A stretch of DNA of 64,000 nt from positions 3,264,001 through 3,328,000 of the forward strand of contig OZ251459.1 in NCBI GenBank assembly GCA_965242525.1, written 5' to 3'. Each line of letters opens with the position of its first letter. The stretch's first letter is position 1. The position numbers and the translations under genes are program-made. The stretch is from an uncultured Candidatus Binatia bacterium. Lineage in GTDB: Bacteria; Desulfobacterota; Binatia; UBA9968; JAJDTQ01. Under the pieces are notes generated by a model. The model was not told where the DNA came from. It ran no database searches and saw only the letters and a list, made by a program, of their open reading frames with translations. Positions 21,346 to 30,634 of this stretch are shown one piece after another.

Positions 21346-21431
21346 TGGATTCCCGCTTTCGCGGGAATGACGCGGGGTGGGCGTCTGCGGGAATGACGGG
21401 GCAGGCGTCTGTGGAGCAATGACGGCGTGAG
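21346..21431. repeat. Family B half-arm (hairpin plus degenerate half-repeats) at left edge of accessory island
   Basis: TGGATTCCCGCTTTCGCGGGAATGACG followed by GGGCGTCTGCGGGAATGACG units. Confidence 0.85.
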
Positions 21432-21497
21432 ATCTTTCGACCCCACCGGGACAACATCTGAGGGTGTGGTGGACGACGCAGGACAAGGAGGTTGGTA

Positions 21498-22445
21498 ATG
21501 GCAACGTTTGTGGTGAAGACCGTGTACCAAGGAGTGCCGATTGACGGCGTTTTCGATGAATTGAAGGCTGGCAAGGCAAGAATCGGCTGGTCGAACGACG
21601 ACAAGCTGGATCTGCGGAAGATCAAACACAAACTGGAAGCAGGGTCGCCACTTGACGCAGATGAAGCGGCCGCGAAGAGATGCCTTGGCTTTCTGACTCG
21701 TGTAGAAAAAGGTGATACGCTACTTTATCCCCATCAGCCAGCGAGAGGGCAGTTTGCAGGGGTCGAAGTGACTGGCGACTACGAGTACTCTGACAAAGAC
21801 AATGCTATCTCGGGCGATTTCCGTTCGGTTAGGTCCTGCACCTTCAAGACGATCAAGACGAGCACATCAATGTACGATGACTCGGTTCCCTCCCAGTTGC
21901 GCTATCAGATGCAAAAACCTGGAAGATTCTACAGGATCTACGATGAGCGACCTTTGCATGAGTTCTTGGACCCCGAGGCCGGTACCATTCCATTGGAGAG
22001 AATCTACAAGCAGATGCGCAAGTGCCTTCCCGATGCTATCCGGAGACAATACAACGGAAAGGATCTTTCGAGGAAGTTCTTACCTGTGCTCTTCGAGCGC
22101 ATAGGCTACAGTTCCGATGTCCAGGAAGGGCCGAGCGAGGCCGGGGCTGATTTGGTAGTCTCCTTGGACAGCCCACTGCTACCCGAGAACAGGGAAATCC
22201 GGATCGGAGTGCAAGCGTTTGCATACGAAGGCAATGTTGCGACGAAAGAACTACAACGAAAGCTCGACCAGCTTCTTGAGGGCTGGGAGCAGAACAGGCT
22301 CGACTACGGTGTCCTGTTGACGACCGGAAACTGTGGCGAGGATGGGCGAAATCTAGTGGCTGCCCACAATGAGCAAAGACCGAACAGACCGGTGCGTCTG
22401 ATAGACGGGCCAGAACTGGCCTACCTGTTTCTCAAATACTTCTAG
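21498..22445 (+). CDS. Mrr-like restriction endonuclease
   Basis: N-terminal RIGWS..GD..YP..VTGDY region; C-terminal EAGADLVV..GVQA..LLTTG..VRLIDGPELA; AT-richer than host genes. Confidence 0.75.
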   Translation: MATFVVKTVYQGVPIDGVFDELKAGKARIGWSNDDKLDLRKIKHKLEAGSPLDADEAAAKRCLGFLTRVEKGDTLLYPHQPARGQFAGVEVTGDYEYSDKDNAISGDFRSVRSCTFKTIKTSTSMYDDSVPSQLRYQMQKPGRFYRIYDERPLHEFLDPEAGTIPLERIYKQMRKCLPDAIRRQYNGKDLSRKFLPVLFERIGYSSDVQEGPSEAGADLVVSLDSPLLPENREIRIGVQAFAYEGNVATKELQRKLDQLLEGWEQNRLDYGVLLTTGNCGEDGRNLVAAHNEQRPNRPVRLIDGPELAYLFLKYF

Positions 22446-22609
22446 GCTACTTCATCCATCTCTCTGAGCAAAGGAACATGCAATCGCTATTCGAGGCATT
22501 GACCTGAGACCTTGGAACGCCCGGAGAGGCGAGCGACAGAACAGGACGCCGGAACGACCGGCGCGGCAGCAGACCGGGAGCCGGCCCCGGAGTAGGAGAC
22601 AATCGCTTC

Positions 22610-23542
22610 ATGGGCCACACATCGACGCGGGACCGTTTTCGCGGTTGCCTCCTGGGGTTGGCGACGGGGGACGCCTTGGGGGCGCCGCTGGAGTTCAAAC
22701 GGCCCGACACGTTCCAGCCCATCGACGACATGGTGGGCGGCGGCTGCCACAACCTGAAGCCGGGTCAGTGGACGGACGATACTTCCATGGCCCTGTGCCT
22801 AGCCACGAGCTTGGTGGAATGCGGCGGGTTCGACGCCCGGGACCAGATGGAGCGCTACGTGCGCTGGTGGCGCAAGGGCTACCTATCCTCAACCGGACGG
22901 TGCTTCGACATCGGCAACACCACCATCGAATCCTTGAAACGCTTTGAGGAGACCGGAGACCCCCTCGCCGGAACCTCCGATCCCATGACCGCGGGAAACG
23001 GCTCGCTCATGCGCCTTGCGCCGGTCCCCATGTTCTTCGTCCGTGACGCCGCAGAGGCCATCGAGCAAAGCGCGGACAGCTCGAAAACGACCCACGGAGC
23101 CGCGGAAGCTGTGGATGCCTGCCGCTACTTCGCCGGCCTGCTCGTCGGCGCATTGCAGGGCGTGGACAAGGATACCCTCCTATCCGACCGCTATTGCCCG
23201 TTGGGCGGCTACTGGCAAAGGAACCGGCTGACAAGCAAGATCGACGCGGTCGCCGCGGGCTCCTTCAAGGACAAGGAACCGCCGGACATCAAAGGCGCCG
23301 GCTTCGTGGTCCTCTCCCTGGAGGCGGCGCTGTGGGCCTTCCACAACTCCACCGACTTCCGCCACGGGGCGCTGAAGGCCGTCAACCTGGGGGACGACGC
23401 CGACACCACCGGGACCATCTACGGACAGATCGCCGGGGCGTACTACGGCGCCGAGGCCATTCCCGAAAGTTGGCGACGGAAGAAACTGGCCATGCTGGAC
23501 AAGATCGAGTCCCTGGCGGATCGGCTATATGACCGAACGTGA
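22610..23542 (+). CDS. ADP-ribosylglycohydrolase (DraG/Tri1 family)
   Basis: [35 protein letters not shown]. Confidence 0.95.
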   Translation: MGHTSTRDRFRGCLLGLATGDALGAPLEFKRPDTFQPIDDMVGGGCHNLKPGQWTDDTSMALCLATSLVECGGFDARDQMERYVRWWRKGYLSSTGRCFDIGNTTIESLKRFEETGDPLAGTSDPMTAGNGSLMRLAPVPMFFVRDAAEAIEQSADSSKTTHGAAEAVDACRYFAGLLVGALQGVDKDTLLSDRYCPLGGYWQRNRLTSKIDAVAAGSFKDKEPPDIKGAGFVVLSLEAALWAFHNSTDFRHGALKAVNLGDDADTTGTIYGQIAGAYYGAEAIPESWRRKKLAMLDKIESLADRLYDRT

Positions 23543-23552
23543 GCGAACGACC

Positions 23553-24095
23553 CTACACAGGTCTTATACCCTTGACGTACTGCTCCTGCTCGGCTGTTTC
23601 TATCGCTCCGCAACGGACACGGCGTACCTCGCAGATCGCGTCTTCCGGACGAGCGCCGAATTCGACCAGTAGGCAGGCGGCCACGGTGCCGGCTCGGCCG
23701 AGGCCCCCCTTGCAATGGATGAGCACGTTGCGGCCTGACCGCAATAAGCATCTAACGTCAGGGCCATAGCGTTTCCAGGCGCTTTCGAAGGTATTTCCCG
23801 GCGAATGGCCGTCCTGAATCGGCAGATGCAGCCACTCCATACCGCGTTCCTTGACCTCTTTGCCGAGATCACGGACCGAGAGGAGCTCGAGTTCGTCCTC
23901 CGTAATCAGGCTGACGACCGCAGCAGCGCCCCACTTCCGAACCACATCGAGATCGACGGCTAGGCAGCGTTCCTGGGGACCGTATCTCGCGTGAGGATCC
24001 TTCTTGCCGGGACATAGGGTGATGCCAATGAGGCCGTAGTCAGACCGTGGCCGCACCTCGGCAATGCGTAGTGGATCGTTCTCGCTGGTGTGCAT
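23553..24095 (-). CDS. CDKN3-like/dual-specificity protein phosphatase
   Basis: GITLCPGKK, HLPIQD, HCKGGLGRAG (CX5R), GAIETAEQ. Confidence 0.92.
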   Translation of the reverse strand: MHTSENDPLRIAEVRPRSDYGLIGITLCPGKKDPHARYGPQERCLAVDLDVVRKWGAAAVVSLITEDELELLSVRDLGKEVKERGMEWLHLPIQDGHSPGNTFESAWKRYGPDVRCLLRSGRNVLIHCKGGLGRAGTVAACLLVEFGARPEDAICEVRRVRCGAIETAEQEQYVKGIRPV

Positions 24096-24110
24096 GAATC
24101 TGTCCCTTCT

Positions 24111-24133
24111 GGTGCTTCAGGAAGTCGTGTGGG
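24111..24133. repeat. Lone family B end motif
   Basis: GGTGCTTCAGGAAGTCGTGTGGG. Confidence 0.7.
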
Positions 24134-24217
24134 TCAGGGGAGAACCTGAAGACGCCGCCCTGAAGGATCCTAAGCAGGGTCTCGCGGGTCAGGGCTGGCT
24201 AGGGACTGGCAGGGGTC

Positions 24218-25162
24218 CTATTTCTTTGCCCAAGGCTGCTTGTCAGCCCAATCAACCAGTTCTTGCGCCAATGCCCTCATTTCATCAAAGGATTCCGCGA
24301 AAGTATAACAACGCTTAAGCACTTGCGGATAGTGAGTCGTACATCCAGCTTTAACGGCACTCCCCAAAACTTTGAGTCTAACCATCCTGTCTTTGAGCCA
24401 ATCAAGGTTGCGGCGTTTCCGGAATACCTGCACATCTGGTTTTTTGAAGTCATACGCTGCAACGATGACGACATCGATTTTGCTGCAAGCGTTCGACTCC
24501 TTTGGGTTAGGGGCTGATGTTCCACATTTTATAAATGCTTTTTCCAAACCCCTTAGTATTCCCTGGAAGGTGTTGTTTTCATCCGCCGCCACTGTGTTCC
24601 CGCAAGCAACACCGAAGTGGACATCATGCCAATGGGTATCAGTTGCGAACGACATTCCCGCGTCCGAATAGCACATTGTTTGTTCTCTATGCTGATGGTA
24701 GAGAATTTGAACCTTTTCCCCTTGAGCCTCGCATCCATCAGCAAGACTTTCCGCTTTACGCACTGTATCTTTGCACCACACACCATACTTGATGTTTTTG
24801 GCAAGTGCATTTTTACGTTTAGCGGCCCAAGTTCGGCATTCGTTGGCGACCCACCTTTTATTGTCGTTCCACAGTCTGTCTAGTCCTTCCTTTCGACGCT
24901 GACGTTGACTAAGATAGCCGTGGGTGGAATCACAATCCAGAGTCTCTCGCCTGAACCTTGATTTGTTCCTATCGTCCGCATAGAAACTTTTCAAACCATC
25001 ACAAATCAAATAGTCACTTTGGTTGACCGTGGCAATGGCTTCGTCGCAATCGGAAATCTCCGTCGCATTCTGGACGGTTACATCATGGGCCAATGCGGTA
25101 TGCCCAACCGCAAGCAGCCCAGCGACCGCGACCGCCAGCAACGCCAGGATAGTTCCTTTCAT
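24218..25162 (-). CDS. Hypothetical secreted Cys-rich protein
   Basis: Signal peptide MKGTILALLAVAVAG..ALA; many Cys; AT-rich body; AGGAGG RBS. Confidence 0.75.
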   Translation of the reverse strand: MKGTILALLAVAVAGLLAVGHTALAHDVTVQNATEISDCDEAIATVNQSDYLICDGLKSFYADDRNKSRFRRETLDCDSTHGYLSQRQRRKEGLDRLWNDNKRWVANECRTWAAKRKNALAKNIKYGVWCKDTVRKAESLADGCEAQGEKVQILYHQHREQTMCYSDAGMSFATDTHWHDVHFGVACGNTVAADENNTFQGILRGLEKAFIKCGTSAPNPKESNACSKIDVVIVAAYDFKKPDVQVFRKRRNLDWLKDRMVRLKVLGSAVKAGCTTHYPQVLKRCYTFAESFDEMRALAQELVDWADKQPWAKK

Positions 25163-25236
25163 TCCGTCCCTCCTGTTAGTCAGGCTCTACAAGCCCTACT
25201 GCCTACCATCCTGCCAAGCGTGGACAAGATGGCCTA

Positions 25237-25683
25237 TCAGCATATGATTCGCTTTAGTTCTTTCTCTACGCCAAAGAAATTCTGTATATCGCTCACAAGC
25301 CCTAAATAATCCAAGGTGCTAACTCGTAGGACGAGAACTTTATTATCATTTGCATATGCGTCAAAGCCAGGGGCAAATCTCTTGGTGGCCCCACTAATCA
25401 ACAGGATGCCCTTAGATGCTTTGTCCTTTCTCTTATAGTTCACTACTTGCTTGACCGCCCTTTTGGGCAGAGGGCTTTTAGGATAATGCTTGCATTCAAT
25501 GACGTAGCGCTTTCCGCCTGGTCTCCTTTCGGAGATAAGAATGTCCATCCTCCCCTTAATCCTCCTGAGAATACCCTGGGAACGGACGCGGTAATGGTCA
25601 TTAGGAAAACACCTTTTAACCAATTCCTCGCAAACCCGTTCAAAGTCTCTCCATTTCATTGGTTTCTGTTGAAGCAATCCCAT
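25237..25683 (-). CDS. Stand-alone PD-(D/E)xK restriction endonuclease (Mrr_cat-like)
   Basis: WRDFERVC..L, RMDILI..YVIECKHY, KGILLIS; AT-rich; GGAGG RBS. Confidence 0.85.
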   Translation of the reverse strand: MGLLQQKPMKWRDFERVCEELVKRCFPNDHYRVRSQGILRRIKGRMDILISERRPGGKRYVIECKHYPKSPLPKRAVKQVVNYKRKDKASKGILLISGATKRFAPGFDAYANDNKVLVLRVSTLDYLGLVSDIQNFFGVEKELKRIIC

Positions 25684-25715
25684 TGTTCCTCCCTTTGGGG
25701 TCGAACACTGGAAGG

Positions 25716-27197
25716 CTACCGGCTACCGCCAAAGGCAGCCGTCAAGTCGGTACGTTGGAGAGTACCACCCATCGACTGATAAGTTCTTCCGTAAAAGCTC
25801 CCCGTCACCGCACCGCTGGAAGTGTTCGGAATGCCCCGGCCGGTAAATCCCGTATCGGCATTATTGAATTCGGTCCCATCAATTCTGACCTTGTAAGCCA
25901 ATTCACCGGCTACGGGTTCGCCGGTTCCTGTCCACAAGGCAGCATCAGGATTGGGTGTTGTCCTATCCCAATAACGAATATCGTCAAACGACAAGTCATG
26001 CCTGCCGCTATAAACACTGGACAGATCGACGGTAAGGTCAACATCGCCAATCACTCTGCGGTTAGCACTATAGCCAATCATTGCGCCATCCCATGTAGCC
26101 GTTCCTGCACGTCCTACACTGTCCGGGAGGTTCCCCGATGGAGTTCGCCCATATGCCCAAGGGTAGTAATGCGAATTATCCCACGTGACTCCGAAGAATG
26201 TCTCGCCATTCGTCTCTCCGATCAAGTGTTGACGGGTAGTATTCCAAATCCCTGAATACGGACTATACAATGCTTGAAGCGCCGCCAAATCATCACGCGA
26301 CATTATACGCACGGGATTTGTCACTCCCGCATGTGGCTTGAGCGCTGAAGTAGGGAAAGAAATCCTCGATACATGCCCACGAAAACCTAGCACGTGCAGA
26401 ATCTCATGAACCGCCGTAATAGAACCGCCGGCCGTGCTATCAATACCCTCTGGCACAAGAATCATTCCCGCGTGCATATGGGTCCCCGAAGGCGATGGGA
26501 TTTGATAGGCCAAACCCAAGGTGTTACTTCCAACAAATGAGTCCCAAGTTGCTCTATCCAATTGAAATGCTACTATAGTGCCCTCGCGGGCAGGATCAAG
26601 CAACCAATTGTAAACGCTGTCCACTCCTTCCCCAACTGGCATTGCATCATCCCTGACAACTCGCATCTTCCTGTTTGCAGGCAATGCTTCATTCACCAAC
26701 CGAACAGCATCAAATGCAAACTCGATAACCCTGTCCGAATACAGTTCACGATTATTCAAACTCCCATAATGTCGCCATGTAGGTCGAACCCTGAAAGGCA
26801 ACATCGACTGATCTCTCGAACCTGTATCCTGATAGCTGGGGTTTTGAACCTGATACTGGTACACCCCTAGCCGTGTTGAAAGAATGCCATCGTTCGCATC
26901 CCCACCGAAAATCGTCACCCCATCCGAACGTCTCTGACGAACAATCAATGAACTCAAATCAATCCCTTGAGCGGCCAATCCCACGTTGGTTAGCCCTCCG
27001 CTCGTATAGACAGGTGACAAGTTCTCCAACCTGACCGCACCCGGATTTCCTCTCGTCGGTGTTGGCGCCGGCGTTGGAGCCGGCACCGGTGGCGTTACCC
27101 TTGATGGTGGCCCACTGCTCATAGTAGCGGTCTTGCTACCGCCGCTGCACCCGGCCAGCATCAACACTACCGCCAACGCCAAGATCGTTCCCTTCAT
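25716..27197 (-). CDS. Lipoprotein with zinc-metallopeptidase domain and TbpB-like C-terminal beta-barrel
   Basis: Lipobox LAGC, Pro-rich linker, HEILHVLGFRGH, DLAALQALY, C-terminal VTGSFYG..MGG..AAFGG. Confidence 0.78.
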   Translation of the reverse strand: MKGTILALAVVLMLAGCSGGSKTATMSSGPPSRVTPPVPAPTPAPTPTRGNPGAVRLENLSPVYTSGGLTNVGLAAQGIDLSSLIVRQRRSDGVTIFGGDANDGILSTRLGVYQYQVQNPSYQDTGSRDQSMLPFRVRPTWRHYGSLNNRELYSDRVIEFAFDAVRLVNEALPANRKMRVVRDDAMPVGEGVDSVYNWLLDPAREGTIVAFQLDRATWDSFVGSNTLGLAYQIPSPSGTHMHAGMILVPEGIDSTAGGSITAVHEILHVLGFRGHVSRISFPTSALKPHAGVTNPVRIMSRDDLAALQALYSPYSGIWNTTRQHLIGETNGETFFGVTWDNSHYYPWAYGRTPSGNLPDSVGRAGTATWDGAMIGYSANRRVIGDVDLTVDLSSVYSGRHDLSFDDIRYWDRTTPNPDAALWTGTGEPVAGELAYKVRIDGTEFNNADTGFTGRGIPNTSSGAVTGSFYGRTYQSMGGTLQRTDLTAAFGGSR

Positions 27198-27215
27198 TTT
27201 ATCCCTCCTGTTAGT

Positions 27216-27236
27216 GGTGCTTCAGGATTTCGTGGG
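27216..27236. repeat. Lone family B end motif
   Basis: GGTGCTTCAGGATTTCGTGGG. Confidence 0.7.
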
Positions 27237-27342
27237 ATCAGCGGTGATCGAGCGACACCGTCCACTACAGATCGCCTCCCGTCTCCACACCGACCCTCGA
27301 ACACCCATGAGACCCCAACCATTCACCCCTTCAACTCGCCTC

Positions 27343-28692
27343 CTATGCGTTGATCCACCCGAGCCGGTGGTTCTGGATTTGGTGGGAGACCACGAAAGGG
27401 CTGACCTTGTAGTGTTGCGCCAATTGGTCGATTTCAGCAGGTGACACTTGGTCGCCGATATGCTTGGCTATGTTCGCCGCGGGCGCCAGGAGTTCGGCTG
27501 CGAAGGCGCGGGACGCGCGTTGCTCGGCGGTGTACGCCTTGGTGACGATCCGACGACCTTCTCGATTGCTGCCGAAGTGCCGCAGGAAGGCGGCCCTGGC
27601 CAGTCTGAACCTGTTGCCGGCGGCGTCTTCATTGTAGGCCACGGCCACCGAACCGCCATCCTCACTGCGCTCCAACACCGCTTCCAACTGCCCTTTCGGT
27701 TGTACGTCCACGGTTCGAGAAGGAGATTGCGCCCAGCCAAGGCGATGCAAAACGTCATCCATATCTCCTACAGGTTCCTGTCCGTCCGATTCGGAGAGAT
27801 ACTGTCGCGTTGCTTGCGCACAGGCGTAGCCTAATTCGTGGGCGGTTCTTGCGTCCGTTGCCCTCGTTAGCCGGGCTTCCGCTGCTATCGGCGCCCCGGC
27901 GTCCAGCGCTGCGGAATGCGCCTTGTCCAGCCACTCCAGGTCCTCTTGCAGGCTCAAGGGTTGGCCTGCGTCAAGCAAGTCGTCCCTGATCGAGCCTTCG
28001 AGGCCGGAGATACGCTCGGACAGCATGTCGGCCACTTTTTCCGTGAGCTCATGGGCGTTGTACGGGTCCAAACCGAGGCGGGCCGACCACTCGCAAAGCT
28101 CCCTTTCGCTTTGCATGGACGCTAAAACCGCTGCCCACTCTTCTTGAAGGGCCTTGGCATCCGGGGCCTCGATCCCTGCAAGCCGCTCCAGGACTTCCCT
28201 GACCAGTTCCGACAGACCGCGTTCGGCCTCCGCCGGGTCCATCTGTACCTCGCCTGACCCGGTAAAGCGCAGGAACGGGTGGATCGAATCCTCGTGGTCC
28301 GGCGTCCAACGTGCAACGACGGCTCGGTCATCCCGAAAGATCATCAGGTCGGGCAGCGCTCCGCCTTCCCTGGCGGCCAGCAGGCTGTGCCGTTGAACCC
28401 AAGGCCGATCGGTCGGGCTCTTCGCCAGTTCTCGGGCGGCGTGAGGACCAGGGAACCGGTAGGACTCGTTCAGGAGAAACCACCAGTTCTCCAGGATCCA
28501 TTGGCATAGCGGCAAGACAGACCCGTAAACGCCCCCGCGCAGGCTCTCGGATCGGAGGTCAACCGCCTGGGTCACCAGCCGACCGCCTGCCTCGATGACC
28601 AAACGCCCCCAGGTACGGGCCAGCACGCCGACACGAACCCCCGGCGCTTCCTGCCATTCGATGCGGAACCGCAGCATTATGGTTTCCTCCAA
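27343..28692 (-). CDS. Protein with C-terminal ImmA/IrrE-like domain, HExxH absent
   Basis: RFRLARAAFLRH..EQRASRAFAAELLAP..LAQHYKVS..QIQN. Confidence 0.72.
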   Translation of the reverse strand: MEETIMLRFRIEWQEAPGVRVGVLARTWGRLVIEAGGRLVTQAVDLRSESLRGGVYGSVLPLCQWILENWWFLLNESYRFPGPHAARELAKSPTDRPWVQRHSLLAAREGGALPDLMIFRDDRAVVARWTPDHEDSIHPFLRFTGSGEVQMDPAEAERGLSELVREVLERLAGIEAPDAKALQEEWAAVLASMQSERELCEWSARLGLDPYNAHELTEKVADMLSERISGLEGSIRDDLLDAGQPLSLQEDLEWLDKAHSAALDAGAPIAAEARLTRATDARTAHELGYACAQATRQYLSESDGQEPVGDMDDVLHRLGWAQSPSRTVDVQPKGQLEAVLERSEDGGSVAVAYNEDAAGNRFRLARAAFLRHFGSNREGRRIVTKAYTAEQRASRAFAAELLAPAANIAKHIGDQVSPAEIDQLAQHYKVSPFVVSHQIQNHRLGWINA

Positions 28693-29078
28693 TTCAGCCG
28701 GTTTTCAGGGTCGGTTGGGTACTCGGCTTCCTCGATTTCATAACCCTTGTAAGTCCCCGCCGGTCCGTTGATGTGCCGCGCCTCGTAAAGCCGGCCGTCA
28801 ATCCAACCCCAAACGTATTTGGGAAAGCCCTGCTCGAAGACGCTGCTCACGCAGCGACGGCGAATCGCCTCTTGCAGCGCAGTCTGAATGGCCGCAACGG
28901 GGATTTGCGGGTCGCAGGGCGTCGCATCCGAGCGCAGTGCGGGAGGCCCTGTTGAAGTGGGGTACGCTTTATGCTCCGTACTCCCGATGTACCGGGCGCC
29001 TGACGCAACGACCTCTGGAGGATGCTGTTGAGACGGCCAAGCGCCGATCGTTCGCCGTTTGGTTCGGTAGTGTCTCAC
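28677..29078 (-). CDS. Hypothetical basic protein overlapping the ImmA-like gene
   Basis: 133-aa ORF (YIGSTEHK, FPKYVWG, YEAR, YKGY); 16-nt overlap with next gene. Confidence 0.7.
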   Translation of the reverse strand: MRHYRTKRRTIGAWPSQQHPPEVVASGARYIGSTEHKAYPTSTGPPALRSDATPCDPQIPVAAIQTALQEAIRRRCVSSVFEQGFPKYVWGWIDGRLYEARHINGPAGTYKGYEIEEAEYPTDPENRLNWRKP

Positions 29079-29113
29079 GCGGTAGCCTCTAATGTGGATC
29101 TTGTCTAATTCCC

Positions 29114-29136
29114 GGCGCTTCAGGAATTCGTATGGG
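29114..29136. repeat. Lone family B end motif
   Basis: GGCGCTTCAGGAATTCGTATGGG. Confidence 0.72.
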
Positions 29137-29235
29137 TAAGTGGTCTTCGTGCGACACCATTGGGGTAGACATCAAGACCACCGAAATGAAATCATCCCGA
29201 CCGACACGGCTTGCACGGCCATTTCCTATGAGGCT

Positions 29236-30000
29236 TTAGGTGTTTCCGCTTCCAGGTTCGCTACCCGGAGTTGTCCCCTGGCTCCCGCGATAGTCGCGAT
29301 AGTTCAAGAGTCTCTGTGCCCAACGGAAGTCGGTGGATTTCGGCTCGTCATCCGTATCTGCCACGTCTTCATCCGCGGTTTGCTCGATCAGAAGCTCTGC
29401 CTTCATCAACCTCAGCACTTCATCGATAGTAATCAGGCGACGGGTTTTTCCAGCGTTGTCAGGCATTCGGAGTGGTCGAAAGACCTCGTCGTATTGCGTG
29501 TGCTGTTCCTTCGTGACTTCAGTTGCCAAACCAAAGACTTGAAGCTGTAGAACGAACCGGCAGAGCAATTGCCCCAAGTTCAAATCCCTGATGTGATGTG
29601 TTTGTTGCGCGGGAATCCCCATTGTCGGCCTCGAAAGAAGCGTGATGGTCATCGCGAGTTCTTCCATCTGTCCCAATTCATCCCTGTCAAGCTGGCCGTC
29701 CATGGCAGACTTGGTATAGCTCGATATGAATTTTTGGAATAGCTCGAGCTTTTTGTTGAATATCGCAGTCTTGTTTGCTGTCGCACGCTCCTCTGCCTGC
29801 TCGACGTTTCCCTGTTGCCTTATCAACAACATGGTTATCATCACGGTTATGATTGATCCCAGGAGGGCCGCAAGTATCTCTGTTGCGAGGTTGCTCGGGT
29901 TGGTGTCGTAGAAAGACTTGAAGAACAGGAAAACCCCGATTCCCAAGAGTACGATCATGAAAACGAGAAACAGTTGGTTTCGAAGTCGATTCATCGTCAT
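29236..30000 (-). CDS. Hypothetical protein with two N-terminal TM helices
   Basis: Two hydrophobic segments then a soluble domain; GGAG RBS; AT-richer. Confidence 0.75.
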   Translation of the reverse strand: MTMNRLRNQLFLVFMIVLLGIGVFLFFKSFYDTNPSNLATEILAALLGSIITVMITMLLIRQQGNVEQAEERATANKTAIFNKKLELFQKFISSYTKSAMDGQLDRDELGQMEELAMTITLLSRPTMGIPAQQTHHIRDLNLGQLLCRFVLQLQVFGLATEVTKEQHTQYDEVFRPLRMPDNAGKTRRLITIDEVLRLMKAELLIEQTADEDVADTDDEPKSTDFRWAQRLLNYRDYRGSQGTTPGSEPGSGNT

Positions 30001-30098
30001 GGTCGCATCTCCAAGGGTTGTTGGTTACTTGCGCCTCGTGCGGCCGTCTGGATCCTCTGGTGCAGCGGTACTGCCATCAAGGCGCTTCGGTACCGGCA

Positions 30099-30494
30099 TC
30101 ATTTCGTGGTCAGGAGCGCCTTTCGGAACGCTTCGGCCTCGTTTGTGGAGACATGGGAGAGCGAGTAGGACTCGGAGCGGGTTTCAATGGTTATTACGCA
30201 CCAGCCGAATATCTTGCCCAACAGGGATCGGTCCAGCTTCACGTTGTCGATGGCCGAGATCGGCACGAGGTCATCGTCTTTTACGAACCAGCGCCCATGT
30301 TCACACGTGATACTATTGGAGCCGGTTTCGAAAAGGATCCTGTTGCGGTTGACGACAGCCCTTTTGTACCAGAACAGCGGAAGCAGGACTATGAGAATCA
30401 GCGGCTCGCCAGTCTGCATAACGGCGGCTACCGGGATAATGCTCCAGGAGATCCAGAAGAAAAAGCTGTAGGAACTGGCCACGCCGACTTTCAT
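30099..30494 (-). CDS. Bacterial PH-domain (bPH_2-like) membrane protein
   Basis: Two TM helices, then HGRWF..VPISAIDNVKLDRSLLGKIFGWCVITIET. Confidence 0.75.
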   Translation of the reverse strand: MKVGVASSYSFFFWISWSIIPVAAVMQTGEPLILIVLLPLFWYKRAVVNRNRILFETGSNSITCEHGRWFVKDDDLVPISAIDNVKLDRSLLGKIFGWCVITIETRSESYSLSHVSTNEAEAFRKALLTTK

Positions 30495-30634
30495 GGTGAC
30501 ACCTCGTTTCCTCGTTGAGTTGGGCAGGAATCGTGCGGGCGGCTTCTTCTTCGCCCTCTCCTGCCTCCCCGCCCGCGTACTGCCATCCACTGCACCGTAC
30601 CGCGAATACCCCTGTTCCCGCAATCACCCACTCT

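Noticed and set aside
23553-30500. Classical integron
   Set aside because: No intI in the window and no convincing RYYYAAC...GTTRRRY attC structures seen between genes.
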